From Octopus sinensis (Eukaryota), in assembly GCF_006345805.1 (NCBI RefSeq), contig NC_042998.1:168144001-168208000 (forward strand): DNA of 64,000 nucleotides, given 5' to 3'. Shown in pieces: positions 41,759 to 55,385 of this stretch. Numbering within the stretch: position 1 is the first letter of the stretch; each line of letters opens with the position of its first letter. Under the pieces are notes generated by a model. The model was not told the origin of the DNA and did not search any database. It saw only the letters and a list, made by a program, of their open reading frames with translations. The position numbers and the translations under genes were made by a program.

Positions 41759-42026
41759 TCATGCTGCTACAAAATGCTGGCATCATCACTGACTTCAGGA
41801 CAATATAGGAAAAGGAAAACTTGAATAGAAATCTCAATAGCATAAGTGCAGGCTTTAAAACGAGTAGACGTTCAAGACATGGAAACTTCAGAGAAAGTAT
41901 TAAAGATAGTGATGTTAGACTGAGAAGAAAAAAGAAATCCAACCGAAATTAACTGAATTGTGTACTTCTGGATATGATGCAACGGTTGTTGAATATGTTT
42001 TTCGTAGCAAAATCGGATACACACGT

Positions 42027-42115
<89 letters not shown>

Positions 42116-42288
42116 TCATCTCAACATGTGCAAGAAAGAACATGGATACTAAAATGACAAGCAGCTCATAAACGTACATTTTTGTGGATAGGTTACATGT
42201 AGATTAAAAGATTATTTGTTTCCCAGATAGTTAAGAAATGCTTACAATATTTTCCATATGAGTTAGTCGAACCTCAGTCATATATATA

Positions 42289-42370
<82 letters not shown>

Positions 42371-42874
42371 TTATATATGTGGTTAGGCTAACATATTTCG
42401 ATGGTCTATCCCAAAATTCATTTATATATTTAGAACAAACCCTTCTCATACGTCTTGCTCACTCAAACGCATATTTTGCTTTTCCATGTGATTTTTACTT
42501 TAGTAATTCTACCCATCCCAATTTCAGTAACAGGATAAGCTTTTTTCTTCTGTATGTAGAGAAATGCAATTAGGTCGCTGTCAGTTTTAGTGTTGTCTAT
42601 TTGAAAGATTGACATAATCATTCGTTTTTTGGGTTTTTTTGTTGTTGTTTTTTTCTTTTTGAAAAAGATACGAAATGCTATGAAGGCTACAAATTAGCCA
42701 AGCTGTTATAGCATTGGTAATATTTACTTGTTGTATCCAGTCAAGCTCCCTACGCCCTGAGTTAAATCTCACTGGGGTCGAAGTTGTCCTTCATCTTTTC
42801 AATATATCGATGACTAAATTACAGGTCCACTACTACGGTTGATTTCTCTCTGCCTCTTTCTGTCTGTCTATCTG

Positions 42875-42906
<32 letters not shown>

Positions 42907-43054
42907 TACAGACATACAGAGTCATACACACGCTCACACACACTGTAACTCCAAGGTGCAGTCTTATTACACTGCGTAATATGATTGGATTGGGGGGGGG
43001 CGAATGAAGTTAAATTATACAAATAACACTCAACAGTTGTACCTATAACATAAT

Positions 43055-43090
<36 letters not shown>

Positions 43091-43094
43091 AGTC

Positions 43095-43480
43095 ATCAAG
43101 TTGGCAGAATTGTTAACGCATCGGACAAAATGCTTAGCTGAGTTTCTTCCTGCTCTTTACGCTATGAGTTCAAATTTCCCCGAAGCCAAATGTTCTTTCA
43201 TTCCCTCTGGAGTCGATAAAATACAGTACCAATCAAAGGGCGATGTAATCGACTAAACCCCTCCCCAAATTTGAGGCCTTCTATCTATATTAGATATAAT
43301 TATTAGTGTTGTTGTTAAGGCTGCAACCTAGCGGAATCGTTAGTATGTTTCACAAAATGCGCTTAGTTATGGTTCTTTACATTCTGAGTTCAAATCTCAG
43401 TGAGTTCAACTTTAGCTTTCTTCCTTCGGGATCAACAAAATATATATCCAATGAAACATTGGAGCTGATATAATCAATAT
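43095..43480 (+). mobile_element. Two tandem degraded SINE A' copies
   Basis: Two heads with GAGTTCAAAT B boxes. Confidence 0.7.
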
Positions 43481-43499
43481 GGTTTTTCCTGTATTAATA

Positions 43500-45150
43500 A
43501 AAACACAGTACATGAGCAAGTATACATTAAGATACGCATTCAATCAGAAGCATGCTAGTCAGTTAAAAGGTGCTTTGGTTATTCATCAGAGGTCCTAGTT
43601 TCATATTGCTGTTACTTTTGTATCGATGCTAAGGAAGATAACCAAATACATAAGAAATGAATACGTTTGTGTTATCTTTGCCCATCGTAGCCCATGGAAA
43701 TCAAATTCATTAAAATAGACAGCATTTATCTGTTTTGGCCTGCTTTGCGATTAAATCCTTACAAGAGGTTTCCCATCAAAGATGTGAACTTGGTGGTCAA
43801 GGTATAGCAGTATGCGAGAAATAATAAGCTTGGTTCGACACAATTTCGTCATCAGATGGTGGGTGGGAAATAACTAAGAAACTCAGAAATACAAAATATT
43901 TACATCACAATAATCAGAACATGTCTCATTCTATTAAGGTATCAATAATCAAAGAAGAAATAGTTTGAGAAGTGCCACTTCTACATTAATTTTGAATGAA
44001 GCAAAGAGTATTCCGAAAACTAAGCAGCTATTATTTGTTCTGGTATTACCTATAAAGAATTTCCTGGATGTCGATTAATTTCTGAATTGATGATAAATTG
44101 CTTCTGCTATGCATATTGTCAGTGTTGAACTTTATCGGTGTTGACGTCTCAGTTATGTGTCGCCCGTAGCTATGATGGTACCTCGGTTAAGAACAAGAAA
44201 ATTGCTGGTGTTCAAGCAAAGCTACAAGTCACTATTGCATTTCCAGTCTATGCCCACTGCCGTGCAAGTAATGGCTGAATTCATAAAAAATAGTTAAGAA
44301 ATAGAAATTTCTACCAGACAAAAGCTTTACTTCTTCATGGCTCGATCCATTGTGAATCAATACTTTAAGCAGTTACAGTAAGAAAAAGGTGAGAGCCATT
44401 GGAACTGAAAAGCTTGTCAAAGCATGCATCATGTGATGCATTGCGTTGTACTTTTCCATTTATATTTCCCGTCGTATTTCAATGACGATACTAAGTGATA
44501 GAAGGACAAATTGAAGACAAGTCATTTTGTCGCTTTCATCTGCAAGCATATATGTTCTCGTCCTCTATAATAAGTTTTCCATTGAACTGAAACTCTGGCA
44601 AAGATACTGCTATCTTCTTCACTAGATATGAATTCAATTAACAAAATTATATCTACTTTTTTTGAGCACCTTGGAGTCGAACAAAGTTAATGTTTCTTGG
44701 CAAATGATCATGCAACAGAACTCTGAACTTATCAAAGACAACGAGATGGCTTGGAAGAAGTCAAAATACCAAGCAAATTGCCAGAACATTTACAGGACTC
44801 GTTGATCAATAAGTGGTTATGATAAGTCGGGTGAATTTGAATGACCTGGAGGCAAGTGCCACAGTATAAAGTGCTTCATTAAGTGAAAGTCATGTATTTT
44901 GAACTCACTGAGTAACTTAAGCTTTTGCTTCTCCACAAAGATGCCTGTTCAAACTGCTTAAAATTGATAGTGAGTGGTGTGGGCTCAGGTCGTAGGTTTT
45001 ACAAGCTGTAGATGATCAGAATTCATCTGAAGAATGACATAGCGATTAACAGTCTGGACAATTGAGGCATGTTGCTATGAATAAACAACGTACTGAAAGA
45101 CAGAATATTGAAGACACTTTAGTTTGGCGACAGAAACAACAAAGCTGGAA
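43500..45150 (+). pseudogene. Decayed hAT transposase (Tip100/ZMYM1-like)
   Basis: Plus-strand fragments YLHHNNQN, NEAKSIPKTKQLL, SYDGTSV (44171-44179) and GVQAKLQ...VYAHCRA (HC at 44255-44260) match the hAT DE...EQL, YDG and CxxH motifs; many stops and frameshifts. Confidence 0.65.
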
Positions 45151-45278
45151 AGTTCTTGCTGTGTAGTTCCTTATAACTGACGTTACCAAGTTTCCTTGTC
45201 TCATTCCTTTCATTTTATGGGAACATTCCAGTTACTTAGAGTACTGATTTTTAATTTCACTACACACAAACACAAACA

Positions 45279-45317
<39 letters not shown>

Positions 45318-45896
45318 CACACACACACACACACACACAGATATATATATATATATTAATAAATAAAATAAACATATGCATATATATAAACATATATGTA
45401 CGTACCTACCTCTACATGTACATATACACGCATATATGAGTACAGGACACCAAAAAAACGTCGAACACAACGAGAAACGAAAACATAGGCACAAACACAA
45501 GGAACTGGAAATTTTTTTAAACAACAAAAAAATAGAGTACAGGAAAATTAACACAAAGAAAAAAACCCTTCTTCAGTCGCTATGGTTTCATCTACTCTAC
45601 GTTTCGAAGGATAAAAGCGAGACGTATCTTCGACAAGAAACTTTCCTTCCTGCGAAAAGCAAATCAATTAAAATTCTGAGATCTTTTCGCAGAGGGGTAA
45701 AAAATGGTAACAAAAACAGGACAGTAACGACAGTACAAATTATAAATAGTAATAGACAGGATAAGGAAAAACAAGATATATATATATAGAGAGAGAGAGA
45801 GTGCTACATGTACATATACATGTGAATATATGTATACACAAACACACATATATACTTATATTCATGCAAAAGTATATGTATGTATATGTATAAAGC

Positions 45897-47230
45897 ACAG
45901 GCACAGCTGTGTTAAGAAGCTTGCTTCCCAACCACATGGTTCCTGGTTCAGCCTCAGGTCGATAAAAGTCTTGTGAGTGGATTTGGTAGATGGAAACTGA
46001 AAGAAGCTTGTCGGATATATATGTATATATCTTATATATTAAAAGGCAAGATGTATGTCTGTGTGTTGTGTAAACCACTTCTACTCCTACAATTTTCAAC
46101 CAAATTTCACCAAATTTGACATGTGCGCTCTCTTTGACTTAGGATGTTTCTTATAATTTTTTTCTTGAAATTCCGCGCCCCCAACATAAATTGACCTCTC
46201 TCAATTCACCTATGATTTGAAACTACCACGTCTATGTAACGGTACACGGAGAATTTTAGCGCTTCTTTAGAAGCGCACCTCTCCAAGAAAATGACGCCTA
46301 ATTTCTTTTAAAATAATCAAAATGGGAAATATATCCAAAGTAAATTAAGTATTCAAAAAATTAAGAAAATTCATCTATTTTTAAATATTTTATACCAAAA
46401 AATAAAACACGGAAAACGGGCACACGCGAATTATAAACAGACATGTTGGACGATACAAGGAACGGTAACTTGTATCAGATATTATTAATGATACGAGCGG
46501 CCCGACAATAACGTTTGCAAATTCTTGGTTTTTTTTTAATCAGAATTTTTTACTGCGCCACTGGTATGAGTTAGTGTAGCACGCGCTGCTACCACGTAAC
46601 AGCTATTCGCAATTACCTGTTCAGTGGTAACAGGGCGTACTAGAAATACCAACCAAATCGGTTAATGTTTATAAGTACACCTGCACGTCAACCCCCACCA
46701 CTTTTCTTTCTTATATATATATACATTATAGCCTCTGGCCCACCAAAGCCTTGTAAATGGATTTCGTACACGGGAACTGAAAGAACACTGTCGTATATAT
46801 GTGTATATTAGTGTGTATGCGTGCTCCAGCATGGCCGCAGTCACATAACTGAAACAAGTAAAACAATAAAAAAATTATGCCATATTAATCCCAAGCAAGG
46901 CCGGTATCTCTGCTAGTATATATATATGTGCGCACGCGCGTGTGTGTGTGCGTGCGTGTATGTGTGTGTGTATGTGTGTCTATGTTTATGCGTGTCTTAG
47001 TGTCTGTAGATTTCCACCACCACAGCTTGACAACCGTTGTTGGTGTATTTACGTCCCCGTAACTTAACAGTTCGGCAATAAAGAACGATAGAATAAGTGC
47101 TAGGCTTTAAAAAAACAAACAAAACGAAAAAGAATTCCTAAGGTCGATCTGTTCGCCTAAAATCCTCCAAGGCAATGCCTCAGCATGGCCGCACTCCAAT
47201 GACTGATACGAGTAAAAGAGATAGAAGAGA
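45897..47230 (+). mobile_element. SINE family B split by a Helitron
   Basis: 5' half at 45897-46029, 3' half at 46917-47230. Confidence 0.75.
46030..46916 (+). mobile_element. Non-autonomous Helitron carrying a SINE B fragment
   Basis: A|TCTTATATATTAAAAGG start; CCAAGCAAGGCCGGTATCTCTGCTAG|T end; SINE B piece at about 46725-46865. Confidence 0.75.
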
Positions 47231-47248
47231 TACAAGACATTAAAGATA

Positions 47249-47670
47249 GGCGTAGGAGTGGTTCTGTGGTAAGTAGCTTGTTTACGAACCACATGGTTCC
47301 GGGTTCAGTCTCATTGCGTGGCACTTTGGGCAAGTGTCTTCTACTATAGCCTCCGGTCGACCAAAGCCTTGTAAGTAGATTTGTTAGACGGAAACTGGGA
47401 GAAGCCCGTCGTATATATGTATATATATAAGTGTGTGTGTATATGTTTGTGTGTCTGTGTTTGTGCCTCCCCCCAACATCGCTTGACAACCGATGTTAGT
47501 GTGTTTATGTCACCGTAACTTAGCGGTTCGGCGAAAGAGACCGATAGAATAAGTACTAGGCTTACAAAGAATAAGTCCTGAGGTCGATTTGCTCGACTAA
47601 AGGCGGTGCTCCAGCATGGCCACAGTCAGATGACTGAAACAAGTAAAAGAGTAAAAGAGAGAGTAAAAGA
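47249..47670 (+). mobile_element. SINE family B, full length
   Basis: GGCGTAGGAGTGGTTCTGTGGTAAG head to GTAAAAGA repeats. Confidence 0.9.
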
Positions 47671-48039
47671 TTTATATATATGTATGTATGTACGTACTCA
47701 CGTACATATGTATGCATGTATGTATGAATGTATATATGCGTGTATGTATGTACGTACGTACATGTATACCTACATATATATATATATAATATATATATAT
47801 ATATATGTGTGTGTCTGTGTGTGTGTATGTGTGTGTGTACTTTTACTGATTCACTTAATATCTTGGTATCTGAAGCACCTGGAGATACGATAGTTTTAAT
47901 AAAAGAACCGGCTATTGCAAGCAAAAATAAGTATTTAAAAAATGCGTTTGGCCGAATGTGGATATACGACAGTTTAACATAATAGCAATGATACACACAT
48001 ACACACACAGAGAGGCACATTTGTGTGTGTGTATATATA

Positions 48040-48470
48040 TCTTCTTTATACATATAAAACTGAGAATGTGTGTCTGTCTGTCTATCTGTCTGTGTGTTTC
48101 CCTAAAACTTGAGAACTACACAACCAATTTCATTCAAAATTTACACATGCCTTACTTAGGGTCCGAGGAGTGTCATCGGCAAAAAAATTTTGAACTTTTT
48201 TCCTAGGACGAGCCCACAGCAATATCATATCTTCTCCACTACGATTCCATAAAACTTAAGAACTACACAACCAATTCCATTCAAATTTTACACATGCCTA
48301 CTTAGGGTCCATGTAGTTTCATGGGCAAAAAAAATGTTCAACTTCTTGCCTAGAGCGAGCCCATAGCAATATCATATCTTCTCCACTATTTCAGTATTAC
48401 GTGTTAAAAGTGAAACAAAAACGTTTCTCTATTTTATGTCAGATACTTTCACTTTAACAATAATAATAAT
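48040..48470 (+). mobile_element. Helitron-like element with an internal ~147-bp tandem duplication
   Basis: A|TCTTCTTTATACATATAAAAC start, (TGTC)n, units at 48103-48241 and 48250-48388. Confidence 0.6.
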
Positions 48471-49289
48471 AATAACAATTGAATTATATGTAGTAAGTAA
48501 TAATTAAAATCAAACTAAAGTAACATAACTAAAATAAAAATAGCAATTGGTATAAAATTGAAACCGGGAAACCGGGCCCATGAGCCTGGCTAGGCTTTAA
48601 AAGGGTGCATTTATTTTTTTATAATTGATATGATAGCAATCAATTATTTAATTGGCAGCACGACCCCAATCAATTAATTGGGCGAATATATTGTAATTAA
48701 TTTTTCATCAATTAATTTTTTTACAAAGCTTGTGATCACAGTTGGTATACCTTTGATAACGAATCTAGTTCGGGCTAAGCTGGGCTGACAAGGAGCTACA
48801 CGTTTCTACTCCAGTTCTTGCAGTCGCTGTAATAATGGTCGTCATGATTGTGGTTGAAAATATAATTATAATCGTTCTTACTGTGGTAGTGGTGGTAGTG
48901 ATGGTGGTGGCGGCGGCGGCAGTGGTGGTGGCGACGGTGGGTGGTGGTTTTAGTGTGTGTATGTGTGCGTTGTGTGCGTGTGGCTACCGAGAGAGGTGAT
49001 TTCTGATAACGCTGATGGCGTTAGCTGTGCTTGTTGAATATTGTTATTTAAAGGCACTCCTTTCAAATTGCAGCCGTACATTTGAATAGATGCACTGAGT
49101 CACCTAGACTACTCCCGCCCCTTGTTCTTAAACGTCCAGGTTAAGCCAGTTATTGGCACGCTAAGTAACAACTTAACATAAACTGCTTGTTAGTGCATGA
49201 GTGCATTTACGCAATTATACGTTGAACCGTGGAAATCGTATTCGAACATTTATTCTGACATGTACGACAGAATGCTATGTACATTTTAT

Positions 49290-49485
49290 GCATGCATATA
49301 TACATATAAACATACATACATACATACATACATAATACATACATACATATATACATACATACATACATACATACATGCATGCATACATACATAATACATA
49401 CATAATACATACATACATATATACATACATACATACATACATACATGCATGCATGCATACATACATACATACATACATACATACA

Positions 49486-49519
<34 letters not shown>

Positions 49520-49530
49520 CATACATGCGT
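49290..49530. repeat. (CATA)n array
   Basis: Seen directly. Confidence 0.95.
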
Positions 49531-49782
49531 ACATACGTGCATGTGTGTGTGTGTTTGTTTACATAATCATTTATGATATATAGCTTCATATATATGCGTA
49601 TGCATATATGTGTTTATAATACATACATAGAAATGTATTTATAAATACATATACCAATGTATATGCCTTGTGTATATTCCGGTGGCTGGAATGGCATAGC
49701 GGAGTATATACTCTCATGTCGCCGATATTTTAACACCGGAGACTTGAGAGTTATATACTCCACTACGGCATTGCAGCCACCA

Positions 49783-49888
<106 letters not shown>

Positions 49889-50896
49889 GTATATATATAA
49901 TGCACGCATGCAGAAAAATCATATTTGTGTATGCGTGCGTGCGTGTGTGAGTCTATATATATGCGTGTATGTGTATGTCTATATACATGTGTGTGTATGT
50001 ATGTATGTATGTATGTATGTATGTATGTATGTATGTTTAACCGGCCGATTAGCAGAATTGTTAGCGCGTCGGTTAGATTGATTTGTGCTTATCGTCCCGG
50101 GTCTCTAAGCAATCGTCACAATCAACTATACCATTCTAGAGGCGATTCTTCCGTCTTTCTCTCTTATGGAAGACATCAGTGGTAGTCAGATCTGGAGAGG
50201 GATGTGTTTCATCAGTTATAAAAAACATGCCTTAAACATGCCATATTCTACAACAGCACCTGCTGCATAAAGAAGTTGAGGACCCAAGATAAGGTGCAAA
50301 TGGTCATTTAGTTCAAGAATACAGCTCTCGGATGCCTTAGGTTGCATCATCAGCGATTTTTTAGGTATTAGGAGGTTTTTGGACTTTCAACATTAGATCT
50401 GCTCGCCCAGTAGACGAAGCTGTGGTTGAGGAGATTCCAGCAAACCACTGTATAGACAAAGGTAAATGGAGAGAGAGAGAAAGAATGAACAAGTGCAAAA
50501 CTTAAGATAAATGGGAGAAAGGATGTTGGGAAAATATGGAGAGTGAGAGAGAGAGAGAGAGAGAATGAGAAGGAAAAGATGAGCAAAGTGTAGAAAAGAA
50601 CAGAGAAATAAGATGGAGAACTGAAAATGAATAAAGATAAGGGGAGTGGACTTGTGCAAAATAGATATGTGTGCAGTTAAAAAATGACAGAGAGAGAGAG
50701 TATGGGTGAGAAATAGGGAAGAATACTTGATATGAATTATGCATATGCGTATGTGTATGAGTGTGTATGCTTTTATGAGCGAGTATGCGTGCATACACAT
50801 ACACTGGATAACGTGTGTGTTTGTATGTATGCAGGCATGTATGTGTGTGTGCGTATATACTTGTGCATGTGCGTGTCTATTTACATATATACATAT

Positions 50897-50929
<33 letters not shown>

Positions 50930-50990
50930 AATATATGTATGTATGTATATGCATATATAATTATACTCAAACGTGCATGTACACGCACCC

Positions 50991-51047
<57 letters not shown>

Positions 51048-51137
51048 AATATATGTATGTATGTATATGCATATATAATTATACTCAAACGTGCATGTAC
51101 ACGCACCCATATATATATATATATATATATAATATAT

Positions 51138-51190
<53 letters not shown>

Positions 51191-51839
51191 TTTTGCTTAT
51201 GTGGCATGACGATATTTCTGGAACGGAAATCTGTAATCGCCATGCATAGTTTCATTTGGTTGGGTGCGTTATGCAAGATTTCGTCCATGTTTAAACATAC
51301 TTACAGTACAGCCAGCCGTGACTGGCAAGTAGGTACGATTTAGTAACATGCACCAAGCATTTGCTAACTGTTTTAGTCCCCAAGTAGACGCGAGCAAACA
51401 CAGACGCTTCCTTTGTTTGTATGTATGTATGTATGACATTAAACTGTATTTGGTGGTGAGGCTACAGTTCAGGAGTTCCGGGGTTGTGGAGGGCGTGTAG
51501 TCACCCTTTAATTACCATTACTCCCAGGTGGCTGCTAAGTCAGTTATTCTAGGACATACAAGTTGCAGTCAAAATAGTACCAGTAATTTTGCAATGCTTG
51601 TCATGGGAACCTACTATAGCGACTGAGACAATGTCAAAGCGTGGTATAAGCTTTGTTACTTAAATCCAATCATGTGCAGATGTCTCACTGTCCTTTCATT
51701 TTTTGGTACGATTTGTAGTTCATAAAGTTCTATGGCGACGGATAGTTGGTGTGAAAAGTCATACCCAAGTACATGCAAGGGTGAAAGTAAATCGGAAGAG
51801 TGTGAGACGGCTATCATGTGATATGATGAGGCCATCATC

Positions 51840-52350
51840 TTGTATGCATGTATGTATGCATGTATGTATGCATGTATGTATGTATGTATGTGTGTATGTA
51901 TGTATGTATGTATGTATGTATGCATGTATGTATGTATGTATGTATGTATGTATGTATGTATGTATGTATGTATGTATGTATGTATGTATGCATGCATGCA
52001 TGCATGCATGTATGTATGTATGTATGTATGTATGTATGTATGTATGTATGTACGAACGTACGTATGTATATATCTACGTATGTATGTATGTATGTATGAA
52101 TGTATGTATGTATGTATGTATGCATGTATGTATGTATGTACGAACGTACGTATGTATATATCTACGTATGTATGTATGTATGTATGTATGTATGTATGAA
52201 TGTATGCATGTATGTATGTATCTATGTATGCATGCATGTACGAACGTACGTATGTATATATCTACGTATGTATGTATGTATGTATGCATGCATGTATGTA
52301 TGTACGAACGTACGTATGTATATATCTACGTATGTATGTATGTATGTATG
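51840..52350. repeat. (TATG)n array with a recurring higher-order variant unit
   Basis: GTACGAACGTACGTATGTATATATCTACG recurs four times. Confidence 0.9.
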
Positions 52351-52970
52351 CTTGTTTGTTTGCAATTACTTAGATCTATTTTCTACATTTCTTCTCAGTG
52401 GCGAAAGAGTCGGTTTCTAACTAAGATCCAAATCCAAGGATCCTTTATTGGAATTTTAAACACTGCCACGGTACTTGTGCGTGTTCGTGTGTATATGTGT
52501 AAGATTTGTATGTATTGTTTTACGCATGCTTTCTCGTACATACAGTTGTATGTTTAGACATATGCATAAGTATCCAAAGGCTGAACTTTTAAAAAGTGTT
52601 ACACATTTTGACAGTTCTATGGGTGGTTTGCATTTGTAATCATGTAATCAGCTTTCTACGTTCTGGTTTAGAGAGCCCTAATTTCTTAAGATTAATACTA
52701 AAGCAATATGTGTGCATGCATGATGTCATCTCTGATCTTAAAACAAAAGGTTTATTATACTAAATTGTGCATTGTCGAATCCCCTGCAAGAAAATTTGCA
52801 ATTCCACCAAGGTTCCTTGGTAAGCAGACTGAGTTTTGGATACCCTACATGATGGACCTCAAATTTACGAAAAGGCGATTTAACCCGAAAGAATTAACAA
52901 GCATCGAATAGGGTATGTTTAGATACCTATATTTATCCGTGTATTTTAATATATATGTATATATAAATAC

Positions 52971-53110
52971 ATAAGCAAGGAAAAATTGTAAAAATGCAGA
53001 ATGCTAAATTGAAAGAAAATTTTAATGAAATGAGAAATTTCAATTTCTCATTTCATTAAAATTTTCTTTCAATTTAGCATTCTGCATTTTTACAATTTTT
53101 CCTTGCTTAT
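52971..53110. repeat. Perfect 140-bp palindrome (69-bp arms, 2-nt loop)
   Basis: 52971-53039 is the exact reverse complement of 53042-53110. Confidence 0.95.
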
Positions 53111-53793
53111 CATTTCTCCACGTGCGGTCAACACAACCCCACCATTTATTGATCTATAAATACATATATTTACCTGTGAATGAATTAATTAATAGTTCTG
53201 AAGAATTTATAATATGTCGCACTCTCACTCAGTTCCTTATATCGGAAACAGGTCTGAAATAAGGAAAGCTGCTGAAAGTGATTGCGTGACTTCTGCTTTT
53301 GCATTACGGTTTGTACTGATGTGCCGGTTTATAGACGAGTCAGGAGTAGAGTACTTCGACCAAGATGCAACTCCTCCCCGCACAAACATTACTAATATTG
53401 TGAAGTATAAATGTACTGAGTTCTAACAACTGGTTATTGGTACTACTGAGGATAAGCGGAATCATATACACAAGCGCACGCTCAAAGGCACATGTGCACG
53501 TACACGCATACATACACATACACGCGCACATACTTATAACGATTTTGCTTAGTGATAATGATACTAACAACCAATCGTTATATCTCAAACACTTATGCTT
53601 TCCATTAAAGTGTCAGGAGATCACGGAGCGTAATGACAATGAAACAGGAGTTACTAGATCATTCTCAGATGTTTCTGCTATAAAAACAAGTACCAGCTTT
53701 GAGTGCATTGGTTCTTATTAGCAGAAGCAGATGTAAGTTAATGAAGGTGATAACGCAAACCTGTTCTTTTGTCATAAATTTACTGATGCGTGA

Positions 53794-53835
<42 letters not shown>

Positions 53836-53984
53836 ATAGATATAGATACACACACATGCGCACACAAGCACAGTAATAACAGTGTAGCAAAACGGTGGTA
53901 CATTAGCATGGCCGCAGCGACTTTTAATTGGGGATTAATACTGCTTCTGTCGCTACTATATATATATATATATCTTATTTCTTT

Positions 53985-54173
53985 ATTGTCCACAATAAAG
54001 GGAACAAACAAAGACATTAAGTCGATTACATCGACCCCAGTGCGTAACTGGTACTTAATTTATCGACCCCGAAAGGATGAAAGGCAAAGTCGACCTCGGC
54101 GGAAACGTAACCGCAGACGAAATACCACTAAGCATTTCGCCCAGCGTTCTAACGTTTCTAGCTGCTCGCCGCC
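53985..54173 (-). mobile_element. SINE family A
   Basis: Family A head and tail with an internal deletion of the B-box region. Confidence 0.85.
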
Positions 54174-54711
54174 TCATATATATCGGTTACATATTTGTGT
54201 CTGTGTATGTATGTATGTATCTGTGTGAGTAGTCGTGGTATTCGTTTGTTTACGTCCCCTTTATCTTGCCGAATTCACCAAAAGAGACCGTCAGAATAAG
54301 TACCGGTAACGATTTCTTCGACTTAGCCGTTCAATCCTTCAAGGCGATGATCTAGCAGAGCCAAAGCCCAATGACTGAAACAAATAGTAGATAAAAGATA
54401 AAAAGGTAAGAATCAAGCATGGGTGAATGATTTATTAATGCCCGTTGTTATGTATCAGCTTATGGAGCCAGGAATTTAGTAAAAGTCGACGAGATAGATG
54501 CATGCTGAGAAATATAGCTGGATACTAACCTAGCATGCGTTGACAGCTGGAAGGCGTCTTATTGAAAACCAGTTTGCTTTTCAGCACACGGCAATGAATC
54601 TAAAATCGTATTTGGGAAAACAAATTCGGATCTAGAGAAGTTTAACAGTTGATATGGTCTCCTTAAAAGCTTAGAGTAAACATTATTAAACTTTTATGGA
54701 ACTATTTAAAT

Positions 54712-55008
54712 CAGTGTTTCTCAACCGGGGTCCATATGGCCCTTGGGAGTCCATATAAGATTTTATTGTTAAAAATTTATGTGCAATAAACTGTTTATAC
54801 AACTCTAATACTCAAAATATTTTAGCAATTTTAACAATTTTTTTTACTGTAGGCGTAGGAGTAGCTTGCTTACGAACCCCACTTGGTTCCGGGTTCAGTC
54901 CCCAGCGTGGCACCTTGGGCAAGTGTCTTCTACTACAGCCTCGGGCCGACCAAAGCCTTGTAAGTGGATTTGGTAGACGGAAACTGAAAGAAGCCCGTCG
55001 TATAGATG

Positions 55009-55041
<33 letters not shown>

Positions 55042-55385
55042 ATGTTTGTGTATCTGTGTTTGTCCCCCCAAATATCGCTTGACAACCGATGCTGGTGTGT
55101 TTACGTCCCCGTAATTTAGTGATTTGGCGAAAGAGACTGATAGAATAAGTACTAGGCTTACAAAGAATAAGTCCTGGGGTCGATTTGCTCCACTAAAAAA
55201 AGGCGGTGCTCCGGCATGGCCACATTCAAATGACTGAAACAAGTAAAAGAGTAAAAGAGTTCCTAATAGTATATAACTATGAAACTATAATACAAGTTTT
55301 TAGACGTCGACTGGCTTCGAGAGACCGACCGAATGAAAGCGGAATCAAATGGGATCCATAGGTAAAAAATGGTTGAGAACTACTG
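54712..55385. mobile_element. hAT-type MITE with a nested SINE B
   Basis: TIRs CAGTGTTTCTCAACC and GGTTGAGAACTACTG; 8-bp flanks ATTTAAAT and GTTTAAAA (6 of 8 match). Confidence 0.75.
54852..55260 (+). mobile_element. SINE family B
   Basis: Head with a short deletion, (TG)n, tail. Confidence 0.9.

Noticed and set aside
50310-50365. Minus-strand CUGAUGA-UGC...GCAUCC-GAGAG
   Set aside because: GAAA absent and no helix I pairing.
51656-52557. ORFs of up to 284 aa (MYVC/HTYI repeats); similar ORFs at 34189-34875 and 49197-49589
   Set aside because: Translations of (TATG)n microsatellites.
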